64,000 nucleotides of DNA from Chitinophagales bacterium (GCA_041748615.1 JBGTCY010000177.1:2109-66108); one strand, 5' to 3'. Counted from the first letter of the stretch, positions 35,295-44,894 are shown. A program made the numbers and translations. Notes: generated from the letters alone by a model not told the origin.

Positions 35295-36380
35295 TTAATC
35301 TTTTTTAAGGATGACAAAATAAAGAATAACGAGCCCGGCTAAGTCAAGTGCAAATGAAATAGCAATACTTAACCAAAATGAGTTCATGTATGCTCCGGGA
35401 TTTGCTTTTGGCTGACTTCTAACAAATGGAATAAGTTCGGCAATTTTCTCTAACTCTATACTGGGTACTGGCATTTCAAGCACACGCTTAAATTCCTGCT
35501 CCCCCTTAAACTTCTCAATGCTCCCAATGCTCTTTAAAAGATCGTCATTATAACAATCATAAAGTTTATAATAATATTGGTGTGCCTTACTTAAAGCATC
35601 TTTAACAGCGACCGACTGTTTGTCCGTAAAAAAATTATTGTACTTTTCTAATTCGGCCAATACAGCTTTCCTTGATTCTTCATCTGTACATTTATGCATT
35701 CTTGCCAAGTTGGACTGCATTGTTGATATTCTTTTGTTTAATTCAGTCATCATAAGTTCATACATAATCTCCGCTAACTTTTGGCAACTTGGGACAGACC
35801 CACCATAACCTGATGGAATGGTAAATATGGATCCTGGCATACTTGCCGTCACTTCATCCATGAGTTTAGCAGCAACAGGACCAGCTCCACAGTTATTAGG
35901 ATTTCTTACTTCCTTTACATAATCATTAATTCGAGGCTGAACATAAGCTTGGTAATTAGCTATGACCAGTTCCCCAATAGTTTGTCCACTGCTGCCAAGG
36001 TTTTCAATTTCTTTTGTAGCAATGTCAAGTTCATGTTTTCTTATATCACTAAGTTTCAATTGAGTAAAAAACTTGTGGGAGTTAGTTGAAAGGCTAATTG
36101 CCCACATTAGGAGAAAGACAAAAACAATAAATATCAATTTGATAATGGATTTATTTCTCCCTTCGATTATTTCCTTAATAGCATTCAGAGTAAGAGCCAT
36201 TACTACTATAAAAACTGTCCCTGCTACATATGCAATAAAGTATGGCAAATCAAAGGAAGTTTTAAGGGATTCAGAGGTTGCCCAAATACTTATTAACGCA
36301 AGCAAAACATAAGCAATGATTCCTATTATTTTATTTGGAGACATGGGTCCGTCCAATGGGTTATGGAATAGTCTTCTCAT
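35295..36380 (-). CDS. Cassette gene 1: membrane protein (3 N-terminal TM helices, ~230-aa soluble region, 1 C-terminal TM helix)
   Basis: 361 aa. The TM helices are IIGIIAYVLLALISIWA, YFIAYVAGTVFIVVMALTL, LIFIVFVFLLMWAISL and FWLSIAISFALDLAGLVILYFVIL. There is a 12-nt gap to gene 2. Confidence 0.7.
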   Translation of the reverse strand: MRRLFHNPLDGPMSPNKIIGIIAYVLLALISIWATSESLKTSFDLPYFIAYVAGTVFIVVMALTLNAIKEIIEGRNKSIIKLIFIVFVFLLMWAISLSTNSHKFFTQLKLSDIRKHELDIATKEIENLGSSGQTIGELVIANYQAYVQPRINDYVKEVRNPNNCGAGPVAAKLMDEVTASMPGSIFTIPSGYGGSVPSCQKLAEIMYELMMTELNKRISTMQSNLARMHKCTDEESRKAVLAELEKYNNFFTDKQSVAVKDALSKAHQYYYKLYDCYNDDLLKSIGSIEKFKGEQEFKRVLEMPVPSIELEKIAELIPFVRSQPKANPGAYMNSFWLSIAISFALDLAGLVILYFVILKKD

Positions 36381-36718
36381 AATTTATTTAGTTTATTATA
36401 GTTTATTGGTTTTAACAGGGCGCAATATATAAATATCATTTTAAAAAAAAAATAGTCTAACAATATTTCTGAGGTAAAAGCAGATTTTGCACTCTCTCAT
36501 TTACTTCCATTAGTTTGAACTTGTTTGAATTGTCAACCTTAGTGTGGTTTATTTAGTCGTTGGGTTGTACTAAGCTAAGTTTGGATTAATTAATGCTGAA
36601 ATTAAAATTTTCTATCTAACTCTATGCAATTTGTAATGTATTCAATGTGAATATTATGATAAGATGGTTAAATATTTCTATATTAATCAACAGAACACCA
36701 ACGCAATAAACATTAAAA

Positions 36719-38602
36719 CTATCTACCAATAAACACCATCAGCACAGATATATCTGATGGGGATACTCCGCTGACGCGACTGGCTTGTCCGAGGGTACGG
36801 GGTTTCACCTGCATGAGTTTTTCGCGGGCTTCGGATGAAAGGGAGTTGAGCTTTGAGTAGTCGAATTTTTCGCTGATGGGCACATGTTCGAGCTTGTTCA
36901 TTTTCTCCACCTGCTCCAGTTCTTTTTGAATGTAACCGTCATATTTCATGGTAATCTCAGCCTGCTCGATAGCTTCATCCTGGTATTTTTGAAGGAACTG
37001 ATTGACTGCCGGAATGTTTCTTAATCCGGCAATTGAAAGCTGCGGGCGTTTGATTAAATTATAAAGACGGGTTTTTTGGCGCAAAACTTCTGTTCCTTTT
37101 TCACGCAAAAGACTTTCTGCATCTTCCGGATTGACCGTGAATTCTTCAAAAAACTGGATGATTGCTGCCGTTGCCTGTTTTTTTACTTCAACACGCTGAA
37201 GTCTTTCAGCAGAAGCTAATCCGATTTGAGCGCCAAGAGGCGTCAGGCGGATGTCGGCATTGTCCTGCCGGAGCAGGATGCGAAACTCCGCGCGGGAGGT
37301 GAACATCCGGTAGGGTTCATTCGTCCCTTTATTGACTAAATCGTCAATTAACACCCCGATGTAGGCTTCATTGCGCTTGAGAATGACGGGCGCTTCATCT
37401 TTTAGCGCTCGATGCGCGTTAATCCCCGCCATCAGTCCCTGGCAGGCGGCTTCCTCATAGCCTGTTGTGCCATTGATTTGTCCGGCAAAATAGAGGTGTT
37501 TGATATTTTTTGTTTCAAGCGACAATTCCAACTGTGTCGGGAAAAAGAAATCATACTCAATCGCATACCCGGGACGAAACATGCGCACATTTTCAAAGCC
37601 GGGTATTTTTTTGAGCGCTTTGTATTGCACATCTTCGGGCAGTGAACTGGAGAAACCGTTCACATAAATCTCCACCGTGTGCCAGCCTTCCGGCTCCACG
37701 AATAACTGATGCCGGTCACGCTCAGAGAAGCGGGATATTTTATCTTCAATGGAAGGGCAATACCGGGGACCGGTTCCCTGTATCCTGCCGGAAAACATGG
37801 GCGACTTATCAAAACCGGTTTTCAGAAGGTCGTGTACTTCCTGATTGGTGTAGGTGACATGACAGGAAAGTTGTTTAATTGCTCCTGCTGAAACTCCACT
37901 TCCAATCGGTGGGGTATCGGTAAAAGAAAAACATCCGGGGTTTTCGTCCCCCTTTTGTTCTTCCATTTTTGAATAATCAAGCGAGCGACCGTCCACGCGG
38001 GGCGGGGTGCCTGTTTTCATCCGGGAAGACTGGAAGCCAAGCGAAATCAGTTGTTCAGTAATGCCGTTGGAGGCTTTCTCGGCAGCCCGTCCCCCGCCAA
38101 ACTGCTTTTCCCCGATGTGGATTAAGCCGTTCAGGAAAGTGCCATTGGTAAGGACTACCGCCTTAGCTCTGATTTCAATCCCAAGTGAGGTTTTGATACC
38201 CGCTGCTTTGCCATTTTCTACAATAATTTCCCGACAGGTGTCCTGCCAGAAGTCAACATTTGGGATACTTTCCAAATAAAGCCGCCATTCATTGGCAAAC
38301 ATCAAACGGTCGTTTTGCGCTCGCGGGCTCCACATAGCAGGACCTTTTGAGCGATTCAGCATCCGGAACTGGAGCATGGATTTATCGGTGATAATACCTG
38401 AACCACCTCCAAGCGCGTCAATTTCCCGCACGATTTGACCTTTTGCAATGCCACCCATCGCGGGATTACACGACATCTGGGCAATGGTCTGCATATTCAT
38501 CGTGACGAGCAAAACCGATGAACCGAGCTTACCGGCAGCAGCAGCAGCTTCACACCCGGCATGACCGGCACCTACTACAATGATGTCGTATTCTTTGAAC
38601 AT
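36719..38602 (-). CDS. mnmG: tRNA uridine-5-carboxymethylaminomethyl(34) synthesis enzyme MnmG (GidA)
   Basis: The ATG at 38602 gives MFKEYDIIVVGAGHAGCEAA, the FAD-binding GxGxxG, and the family is conserved throughout. The track start at 38632 adds 10 unlikely residues. Confidence 0.93.
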   Translation of the reverse strand: MFKEYDIIVVGAGHAGCEAAAAAGKLGSSVLLVTMNMQTIAQMSCNPAMGGIAKGQIVREIDALGGGSGIITDKSMLQFRMLNRSKGPAMWSPRAQNDRLMFANEWRLYLESIPNVDFWQDTCREIIVENGKAAGIKTSLGIEIRAKAVVLTNGTFLNGLIHIGEKQFGGGRAAEKASNGITEQLISLGFQSSRMKTGTPPRVDGRSLDYSKMEEQKGDENPGCFSFTDTPPIGSGVSAGAIKQLSCHVTYTNQEVHDLLKTGFDKSPMFSGRIQGTGPRYCPSIEDKISRFSERDRHQLFVEPEGWHTVEIYVNGFSSSLPEDVQYKALKKIPGFENVRMFRPGYAIEYDFFFPTQLELSLETKNIKHLYFAGQINGTTGYEEAACQGLMAGINAHRALKDEAPVILKRNEAYIGVLIDDLVNKGTNEPYRMFTSRAEFRILLRQDNADIRLTPLGAQIGLASAERLQRVEVKKQATAAIIQFFEEFTVNPEDAESLLREKGTEVLRQKTRLYNLIKRPQLSIAGLRNIPAVNQFLQKYQDEAIEQAEITMKYDGYIQKELEQVEKMNKLEHVPISEKFDYSKLNSLSSEAREKLMQVKPRTLGQASRVSGVSPSDISVLMVFIGR

Positions 38603-38668
38603 GAGATTGCAAAAGTAACCCCAATTTTTCATTGGGAGGGACGGGGGACGAGTGTCGGGGGACGAAAA

Positions 38669-38762
38669 TGTTTCACGTGGAACAATGGAACTGAAACTAT
38701 GTTTCCTATGTGCCTATGTGGTTTGAAAATATTATGGTTGATCCATTGTTCCACGTGAAACA
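38669..38762. repeat. Perfect 20-21-bp inverted repeat pair in the mnmG/esterase divergent intergenic region
   Basis: TGTTTCACGTGGAACAATGG (38669-38688) and CCATTGTTCCACGTGAAACA (38743-38762). Each arm contains a CACGTG core. Confidence 0.85.
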
Positions 38763-38771
38763 ATCAATGAT

Positions 38772-38779
38772 TAGATTTG
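38772..38779 (+). promoter_or_regulatory. Candidate -7 promoter box (TAGATTTG) for the esterase gene
   Basis: It fits TAnnTTTG, lies 17 nt upstream of the ATG at 38796, and directly abuts the right arm of the inverted repeat. Confidence 0.4.
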
Positions 38780-38795
38780 CCGGAAAAGTTTCTTT

Positions 38796-39794
38796 ATGAA
38801 AAAAATGATATGCTTATTATTTACAGCGCTATCCCTATTTTGTACAAATGCACAACCAACCGGAGATTTTGTGCTTGGCTTTCCAAGCCCTGATACTTTA
38901 TTGACTAAAGACAGCGTGCTCATCTACTTTCATGTTCCGTCAAATTATCAGCCCGGTACACCTGCTAAACTCATAATTGGACTTCACGGGTTAGGCAATC
39001 CTCAAACTCCTCAGCAAATCCGGCAATACCTGACGCACTCTGCCGACAGCATGGGAGCAATTCTGGCTTGTCCGGAACCGTATCTGCAAGACCAACCTCG
39101 AAGTCGGTTGGTCGTCAATCTGACAATTGACAGTATCTTATCCTGGTTTGATATTGATACCAATGAAATTTACATCACCGGTTACTCAGCAGGTAGTGAC
39201 ATTGCGGCTCAATATCTCTTGGATAGTCCGAAACATGCTATGAAAGGACTAATCTGGTTCGCGCCCGGGTTTTTCTATGAACCGAATTTATCGGAACAAG
39301 CCGTTTTTCCGCCAACTTGCTTGTGTTGGGGAACGAGTGATGTAGTTTCTAATATTCTCGGACAGGTGAATGCCATTCGAGACAGTTTTGAAAACAGCAG
39401 TTTTGATTTTTTCTTCAATGAAATTCCCGGAGTGGCACATACGATGGATTTTCCGGGATTTACCGATGAGTTCTTAGAATGTGTCCGATTTATTGAAAAT
39501 CCGCTGAATTTTGAGCCAAATCCTGTAACAAGCATAAAAAAGCCTGAAAATTCGCGTTTTGATATAAAACAGGATTATTCATCCAACTCATTGTATATCA
39601 GTGTATTAAATGATAATTCAGAGAAATTAAACTTGCGTGTTTTTAAAATAACGGGGCAAGGGCTTGACGGAAGCCGAATATCGCATTCTACAGGCTTTCA
39701 ATTCAGTGTTAATATGGCGAATTTACCGAATGGGATTTATGTAGTCGTGGTGGAAAATGAAAAAGGCGTCTATTCCCGAAAAATCAGTTGGTAA
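38796..39794 (+). CDS. Secreted alpha/beta-hydrolase esterase with a type-A T9SS C-terminal sorting domain
   Basis: It has a signal peptide, the motif GYSAGS (GxSxG), and the C-terminal ~80 aa ...LYISVLNDN...LPNGIYVVVVENEKGVYSRKISW. Confidence 0.78.
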   Translation: MKKMICLLFTALSLFCTNAQPTGDFVLGFPSPDTLLTKDSVLIYFHVPSNYQPGTPAKLIIGLHGLGNPQTPQQIRQYLTHSADSMGAILACPEPYLQDQPRSRLVVNLTIDSILSWFDIDTNEIYITGYSAGSDIAAQYLLDSPKHAMKGLIWFAPGFFYEPNLSEQAVFPPTCLCWGTSDVVSNILGQVNAIRDSFENSSFDFFFNEIPGVAHTMDFPGFTDEFLECVRFIENPLNFEPNPVTSIKKPENSRFDIKQDYSSNSLYISVLNDNSEKLNLRVFKITGQGLDGSRISHSTGFQFSVNMANLPNGIYVVVVENEKGVYSRKISW

Positions 39795-40215
39795 TATTTG
39801 TTAATAGTTTAAGCGCCTGATTTTCCTGCTCCCTCATATTTTTCTTTTTCGCAGGCGACTTGTCTTCATACCCCAACAAATGCAACACTCCGTGAATCAT
39901 CACGCGATGGACTTCATTTTCGAAATTAATTTTCAGTTTTTCCGCATTTTCTTTCACACGTTCGATGCTGATGTAAATATCACCTTCAATTTTTTTATCA
40001 TCATCAGAGTTATCAAATGTGATGATGTCAGTGTAGTTATCGTGGTTAAGATATTGACGGTTGATGGCAAGCAAATAATCATCTGTGGTGAAAATGAAAT
40101 TAAGCGTACCCGTTTGATTTCGATATTGCCGGATAATATCATTCACCCATCGCTTAAGTGCAAGTTTATTTTTTAGCTGAAAACGGATTTGTTCGTTGTG
40201 AAAAAAAACCGGCAA
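39784..40215 (-). CDS. ybeY: rRNA maturation endoribonuclease YbeY
   Basis: 143 aa with the zinc motif HGVLHLLGYEDK (HxxxHxxxxxH). The start codon is TTG. Confidence 0.88.
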   Translation of the reverse strand: MPVFFHNEQIRFQLKNKLALKRWVNDIIRQYRNQTGTLNFIFTTDDYLLAINRQYLNHDNYTDIITFDNSDDDKKIEGDIYISIERVKENAEKLKINFENEVHRVMIHGVLHLLGYEDKSPAKKKNMREQENQALKLLTNITN

Positions 40216-40225
40216 ATGGAACGGG

Positions 40226-40636
40226 TTAAACTTTGAATCTCATTTCAACGGTAGCGCCACCATTGGTGTATATCAAGCTATCGGAAAGCTGGCGCATGAG
40301 GAAAACGCCTCTGCCGGTAACACGCTCTATATTTTCAGGGGCGGTAGGGTCTGGGAGATTTTCGAAATCAAACCCGCTGCCTTCGTCAGCAGCTACAAAA
40401 ACTAATTGCTCATTTTCTTTACGACAGGATACCACCACGTATTTTGAGGAATTGCTTTTATTGCCGTGAGTGATGCAATTATTGACCGCCTCCGTCAGGC
40501 AAATCATGATGTTGCCATACACTTCATCAGAAATTTCCAATTCATCGCGCATTTTTTCAATAAAAGCTTCCAACTCCGAAATTTTGGAAGGCTCGGAAGC
40601 GAGAATGATTTGATGTTCTTTACTCACGGAATACAT
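40226..40636 (-). CDS. HATPase_c-type anti-sigma regulatory kinase-like protein (RsbW/SpoIIAB-like)
   Basis: 136 aa with an N-box (EAVNNCITHGN), a G1 box (DEGSGFD) and a G2 box (GRGVFLM). Confidence 0.75.
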   Translation of the reverse strand: MYSVSKEHQIILASEPSKISELEAFIEKMRDELEISDEVYGNIMICLTEAVNNCITHGNKSNSSKYVVVSCRKENEQLVFVAADEGSGFDFENLPDPTAPENIERVTGRGVFLMRQLSDSLIYTNGGATVEMRFKV

Positions 40637-40682
40637 AATTGGTTGAAGTGCAGCAAAGGTAACATTTGTTTGATATACCGTT

Positions 40683-43600
40683 TTATCGCATCAAATTCAC
40701 ATGTCCGCTCTTTACGGTATTTGCTGCATCATTTAATTTAAGAATATAATAATAGGTGCCTACCGGCAGATGTTCCCCTTTCTTCGAGCGACCATCCCAG
40801 GTGTTATCATAAGAACGCGCTTCAAAAACCAAACTTCCCCAACGGTTGAAAATCTGCAATTCATGGTTGCCGAATAAATGAATGCCGTCAATCACCCATA
40901 AATCATTGATGCCATCTCCATTTGGAGAAAACACATCGTAAATAATTAAAGTATCGCAGGTGATGGTACTGTTCGAATCTATCATCACCAAAAACGTATC
41001 CGCCCTGGTGCAGTTATCAAAATCCGTAACCGTGATGGTGTAAGTTCCAATGGGAATATTGAGAATCCTGTCTGTGGTTACGCCTGTACTCCAGTTATAG
41101 ATATAAGGCAGGTTGCCCCCCTCCACATTGACAATAATCGAACCATCGGATGATTCAGGACAAGAGACATGCACAATGGTTTCATCAATCACAAGATTGC
41201 CTGAGTTGACTACTGCTGTTTCCGTTTGAATGCAATTCAGATTATCTCTGACCGTCACGGTATAAGTGCCAGGAGAAATATTATTAATGGAAGCCGTAGA
41301 GTCACCGGTATTCCATTCGTAGCGATAAGGCGGGGTGGTGGCGGTGATAATGTTTGCCTGCACACTGCCGGTTGCCGTGCCATCGCAGGATGCGTTGACA
41401 ACTTCGATTTCCACAAGATATTCTGAAACAGCTTCAAGAGATATTGTCGTATCATATTGACAGCCGTTGGCGTCCGTCAAAGTGACTTCGTAAAGTCCGG
41501 GGGCTAATGAGGTAAGACTCAACCCGGTGTCCGAATTGCTCCATTGCGCCTGGTAGGGCGGTGTGCCGCCAAAAGGATTGAGTTTGATGCCGCCATTATC
41601 ATCGCCTGAGCAATTAACTTGTGTAATGCTTGAAATTGAAGAAATGACATTCGGCTCGCTCACCAAAGCCGATTCCGCCACCGTACAATTCGAAGCGTCA
41701 GAAACAATCACGGTGTAAACTCCACCCGGTAAATTGCTGATATTTTGTGTTGTTGCGCCATTGCTCCAGTTGTATTGAAACGGACCGTTGCCACCCGATA
41801 CCGTAGAACTCACCGCTCCATCAGCGATTCCACTACAGGTAGTCTGTGTAGCTGAAAGTGAAAGCGTGAATCCTCCGGGCGCGTTCACTGCAAAGGTGCT
41901 GGTTTGTGAGCAGGAATTATTATCCGTAACGGTCACGGAATAATTTCCCGCTGACAGGTTACTTAAATTCTGAGTTGTGCTGTTGTTTGACCAAAGGAAC
42001 GTATATGGAGAAGTGCCGCCCGTTACGGTCAATGCAATCGCGCCCGTAGCTGTTTCACATCCGGCATTCGTCACGGTGCCTGCAACTGTTAGCGTAACAG
42101 GCTCGGTGATGGATTCCGTTAAAGTTCCGACACAATTATTGGCATCGGTTACACTGACGGTATAAGTTCCTCCGGAAAGTCCGGAAAGATTCTGTGTGGT
42201 TGCGCCATTGCTCCATGAATATGTATAAGAAGGGGTGCCGCCTGTTACTGAAATATTAATTGCGCCATCTCCTGCACCTCCACAACTGACATTAGTTTTT
42301 GAGGTGAGTAATACTGTGGCTCCGCCCGTTGAGCCTATAGAAACTTGACCTGTTGCAGTGCAACTATTTCCATCGGTAATGGTAACCGTGTAATTTCCAG
42401 CCGACAACCCTGTGATTGTTTGAGCGGTTGAACCAGTTGACCACAAATAATTGTAAGGCTGTGTGCCGCCTGTTGGATTTGCTGATGCCGAGCCGTCACT
42501 GCCAGCGCAGGATGCATCTGTTTTTGAAATGTTCGTATTGACGGTGGGGCAGGTAGTGCAATTAGGCAAACTCGCAGCGCTCATGAGCGTGAGCGCATTG
42601 ATACCGCTGTCTCTCACGCGAATCGGGAATGTGCCGGGAGGTGTTGCTGTGGCATTGGTCGAGAAAGTAGTCCAGGTTGTATCCGGGAACCCTGGACAAA
42701 ATGGATTGCAAAAACTAAAGGGACAGCCGGTGCAATTTTGGAATGGCGTTCCTGTCTGCCAGGCGTAAGGTCCGGTACCACCGGTAACTGTATAATCTCC
42801 ATTCGGCTCAACACAGACCTGCAATGTTGCGCAGTCATTCACAATAACCCTAATAGTATCGCTACCGCAACTCAAAGAATAAGTGATATTATGCGTTCCG
42901 GGTCCGGCTATTGATGGATTGAATAATCCCGTTGAAGTGTTGGTGATGCCCGGTCCGCTCCAGGTTCCTCCGGGAGAACTCCGTGTCAAAGTAACAGGGG
43001 CGTCATCTGCGCAAAACGGACCTTCGGGGCAAATTGTAGCGTCACAGCAAACCATTACATTCGGAATGCAGGCATTCATATTAATGGACTGCACATAACC
43101 CGTCCGGCTGGAAGATGCGCCTGTGCCGGTAGCGCCTGCAACTAATATTTCACCATTGTGTGCGATTGCCACATCAAACACTTTGAATGATGTATTAACT
43201 GAAGTAATCAAATTAAGATTCGCGTCATATTTCACGACCCTATCCGATGAACCCACATACACATTTCCGCAGGAATCAATAGCGATGCCGCTGTTTCCCG
43301 CTTGTCTCAAACCAAATGTTGTGGTTGAAATACCTCCGGGAATAGAAGCCGTTCCAAGAATGGAGGCATCCGCCAAGGAGCGTCTGTGAATTGTTGTTCC
43401 GTTTTGCGTATAGACATAATTTTTGTTAGCCCGGATAGACATCATGCCCCCGTTGCCATGATTCGGGCGGTAGTTTTCACATTTGTAGCCGAATTTGTAA
43501 CCGTGGTCAATTTTAAACAAAGGTCCGCTGGTGGTTCCGCATAATGAAATGTTATCGCTGATACTGCCGATGGTATCATGCGTCATAAAATAATATTTCG

Positions 43601-44894
43601 CATTGTAAGAGCCGGTAATTGACCTTACTTCTTGTAGCGCAGGGTTGGGAGGAAGTGAAAGCAGGGTGCCGGTCGCCACCACCTGAAACCCGTTGACATT
43701 GCCATTGTTGGTATTGATATTAAAAATAGCCGCGCGTAAATCAGGGAACAATGGATTGCCGACATTAGCAGTACCTCCCACAATCAATTTCGTCTGGTCG
43801 CAGTTAAAGGCGATATTCCAGTATTCATCTGAGCCTAACAATCCTGCTGAATTATTCCAAACCACCGAACCGTTGGTATTGATTCTTTGAATTGCCGCTA
43901 CCGAACCATTGGTGACATAACTGTTGCCCGCATTGTCGGTAGCCAAGGTGCCCAACCAAACACTGTCTGCCTGCACACTATAAGGTGTATTGTGTGTCCA
44001 TTGTAAAACACCAGCGGTATTGTATTTCTGCAAACGCATCGGACTGTCGCCACCGATGATGTAAACATTGCCCGCGGCATCCACTTCCACTTCCCAAACG
44101 GCATTCGTGTTGGATAAAGTCGGAGTCTGCACCCATGGGTCAACGATAATGGATTTCGTTTTATCATAATTGTCGAGGTGGAAAGAAAACGTGTTTGCGG
44201 ATTGTTTAAAAGAAGAAGAGATCACGGAAGCCTCGTTTTCCGCATAAAAAGTCAACGGCTCGTGTTCGATGATATCGCCAAATCCTGTGCTGATGATGAT
44301 TTTCCCGGAGGTAAAATTGATATTCGTGTTTTCGGGATACCGCATTTTCACCTGCGAAACATCTCCGCCCGGATGCACGATGAGCGAATACTTCAATCCA
44401 CCTTCGGGATGAAACACATATTCGGCATCAATATTCGGATACAGGTTTTTGTAAACCAATTTTTGATAATTGCGAATATCTTCTACCTGATAGTAAGAAC
44501 CGCCTTCGACAAATGAATACACATGATAATCTGGGTTTTGGTCTAAGCCTTCCAATACCACTCCCGGATTTACGTTTTCCCAAATCAGGTGAACGAATTC
44601 AATTTCTTTCAGCCGCTTGGGCATTGTCCTGTTGCCTTTCGGGCGGTCGGGATTTCTCACCTTCCGTTCAAAGCGATAGGTGATGCCGTTGGGGGTGAAA
44701 AAAATCTGCATCTCGCCATAGTCAACGCCATATTGGATGTTTTCATTAGGAGATTCGCTTCTGTCGTCAAACTGACCTTTGTTTTCAATAAACTTTTTTC
44801 CCGCATCCCACGCGATTGACCAATTCGCTTTATTCTCCTGCGCGGAAAGGGCAAAACAAAAAAACACGAATACAAGAATCGCATTGCTTTTCAT
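40683..44894 (-). CDS. Giant T9SS cargo / adhesin: N-terminal beta-propeller-like region, about 9 SprB repeats, type-B CTD
   Basis: The signal peptide is MKSNAILVFVFFCFALSAQ. The repeats fit C.G..DG.I....GGT.PY.Y.WS.G.TTQ....L..G.Y.VTVTD.N.C. The C-terminus reads YDVFSPNGDGINDLWVIDG...IFNRWGSLVFE...WDG. Confidence 0.88.
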   Translation of the reverse strand: MKSNAILVFVFFCFALSAQENKANWSIAWDAGKKFIENKGQFDDRSESPNENIQYGVDYGEMQIFFTPNGITYRFERKVRNPDRPKGNRTMPKRLKEIEFVHLIWENVNPGVVLEGLDQNPDYHVYSFVEGGSYYQVEDIRNYQKLVYKNLYPNIDAEYVFHPEGGLKYSLIVHPGGDVSQVKMRYPENTNINFTSGKIIISTGFGDIIEHEPLTFYAENEASVISSSFKQSANTFSFHLDNYDKTKSIIVDPWVQTPTLSNTNAVWEVEVDAAGNVYIIGGDSPMRLQKYNTAGVLQWTHNTPYSVQADSVWLGTLATDNAGNSYVTNGSVAAIQRINTNGSVVWNNSAGLLGSDEYWNIAFNCDQTKLIVGGTANVGNPLFPDLRAAIFNINTNNGNVNGFQVVATGTLLSLPPNPALQEVRSITGSYNAKYYFMTHDTIGSISDNISLCGTTSGPLFKIDHGYKFGYKCENYRPNHGNGGMMSIRANKNYVYTQNGTTIHRRSLADASILGTASIPGGISTTTFGLRQAGNSGIAIDSCGNVYVGSSDRVVKYDANLNLITSVNTSFKVFDVAIAHNGEILVAGATGTGASSSRTGYVQSINMNACIPNVMVCCDATICPEGPFCADDAPVTLTRSSPGGTWSGPGITNTSTGLFNPSIAGPGTHNITYSLSCGSDTIRVIVNDCATLQVCVEPNGDYTVTGGTGPYAWQTGTPFQNCTGCPFSFCNPFCPGFPDTTWTTFSTNATATPPGTFPIRVRDSGINALTLMSAASLPNCTTCPTVNTNISKTDASCAGSDGSASANPTGGTQPYNYLWSTGSTAQTITGLSAGNYTVTITDGNSCTATGQVSIGSTGGATVLLTSKTNVSCGGAGDGAINISVTGGTPSYTYSWSNGATTQNLSGLSGGTYTVSVTDANNCVGTLTESITEPVTLTVAGTVTNAGCETATGAIALTVTGGTSPYTFLWSNNSTTQNLSNLSAGNYSVTVTDNNSCSQTSTFAVNAPGGFTLSLSATQTTCSGIADGAVSSTVSGGNGPFQYNWSNGATTQNISNLPGGVYTVIVSDASNCTVAESALVSEPNVISSISSITQVNCSGDDNGGIKLNPFGGTPPYQAQWSNSDTGLSLTSLAPGLYEVTLTDANGCQYDTTISLEAVSEYLVEIEVVNASCDGTATGSVQANIITATTPPYRYEWNTGDSTASINNISPGTYTVTVRDNLNCIQTETAVVNSGNLVIDETIVHVSCPESSDGSIIVNVEGGNLPYIYNWSTGVTTDRILNIPIGTYTITVTDFDNCTRADTFLVMIDSNSTITCDTLIIYDVFSPNGDGINDLWVIDGIHLFGNHELQIFNRWGSLVFEARSYDNTWDGRSKKGEHLPVGTYYYILKLNDAANTVKSGHVNLMR

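Noticed and set aside
38603-38795. A possible oriC next to mnmG (gidA), since gidA is often origin-proximal
   Set aside because: I found no cluster of DnaA boxes (TTATCCACA/TGTGGATAA). Isolated one-mismatch matches occur only inside coding sequence (for example about 16206) or singly (about 54646). There is no AT-rich unwinding element flanked by boxes, and dnaA and dnaN are absent.
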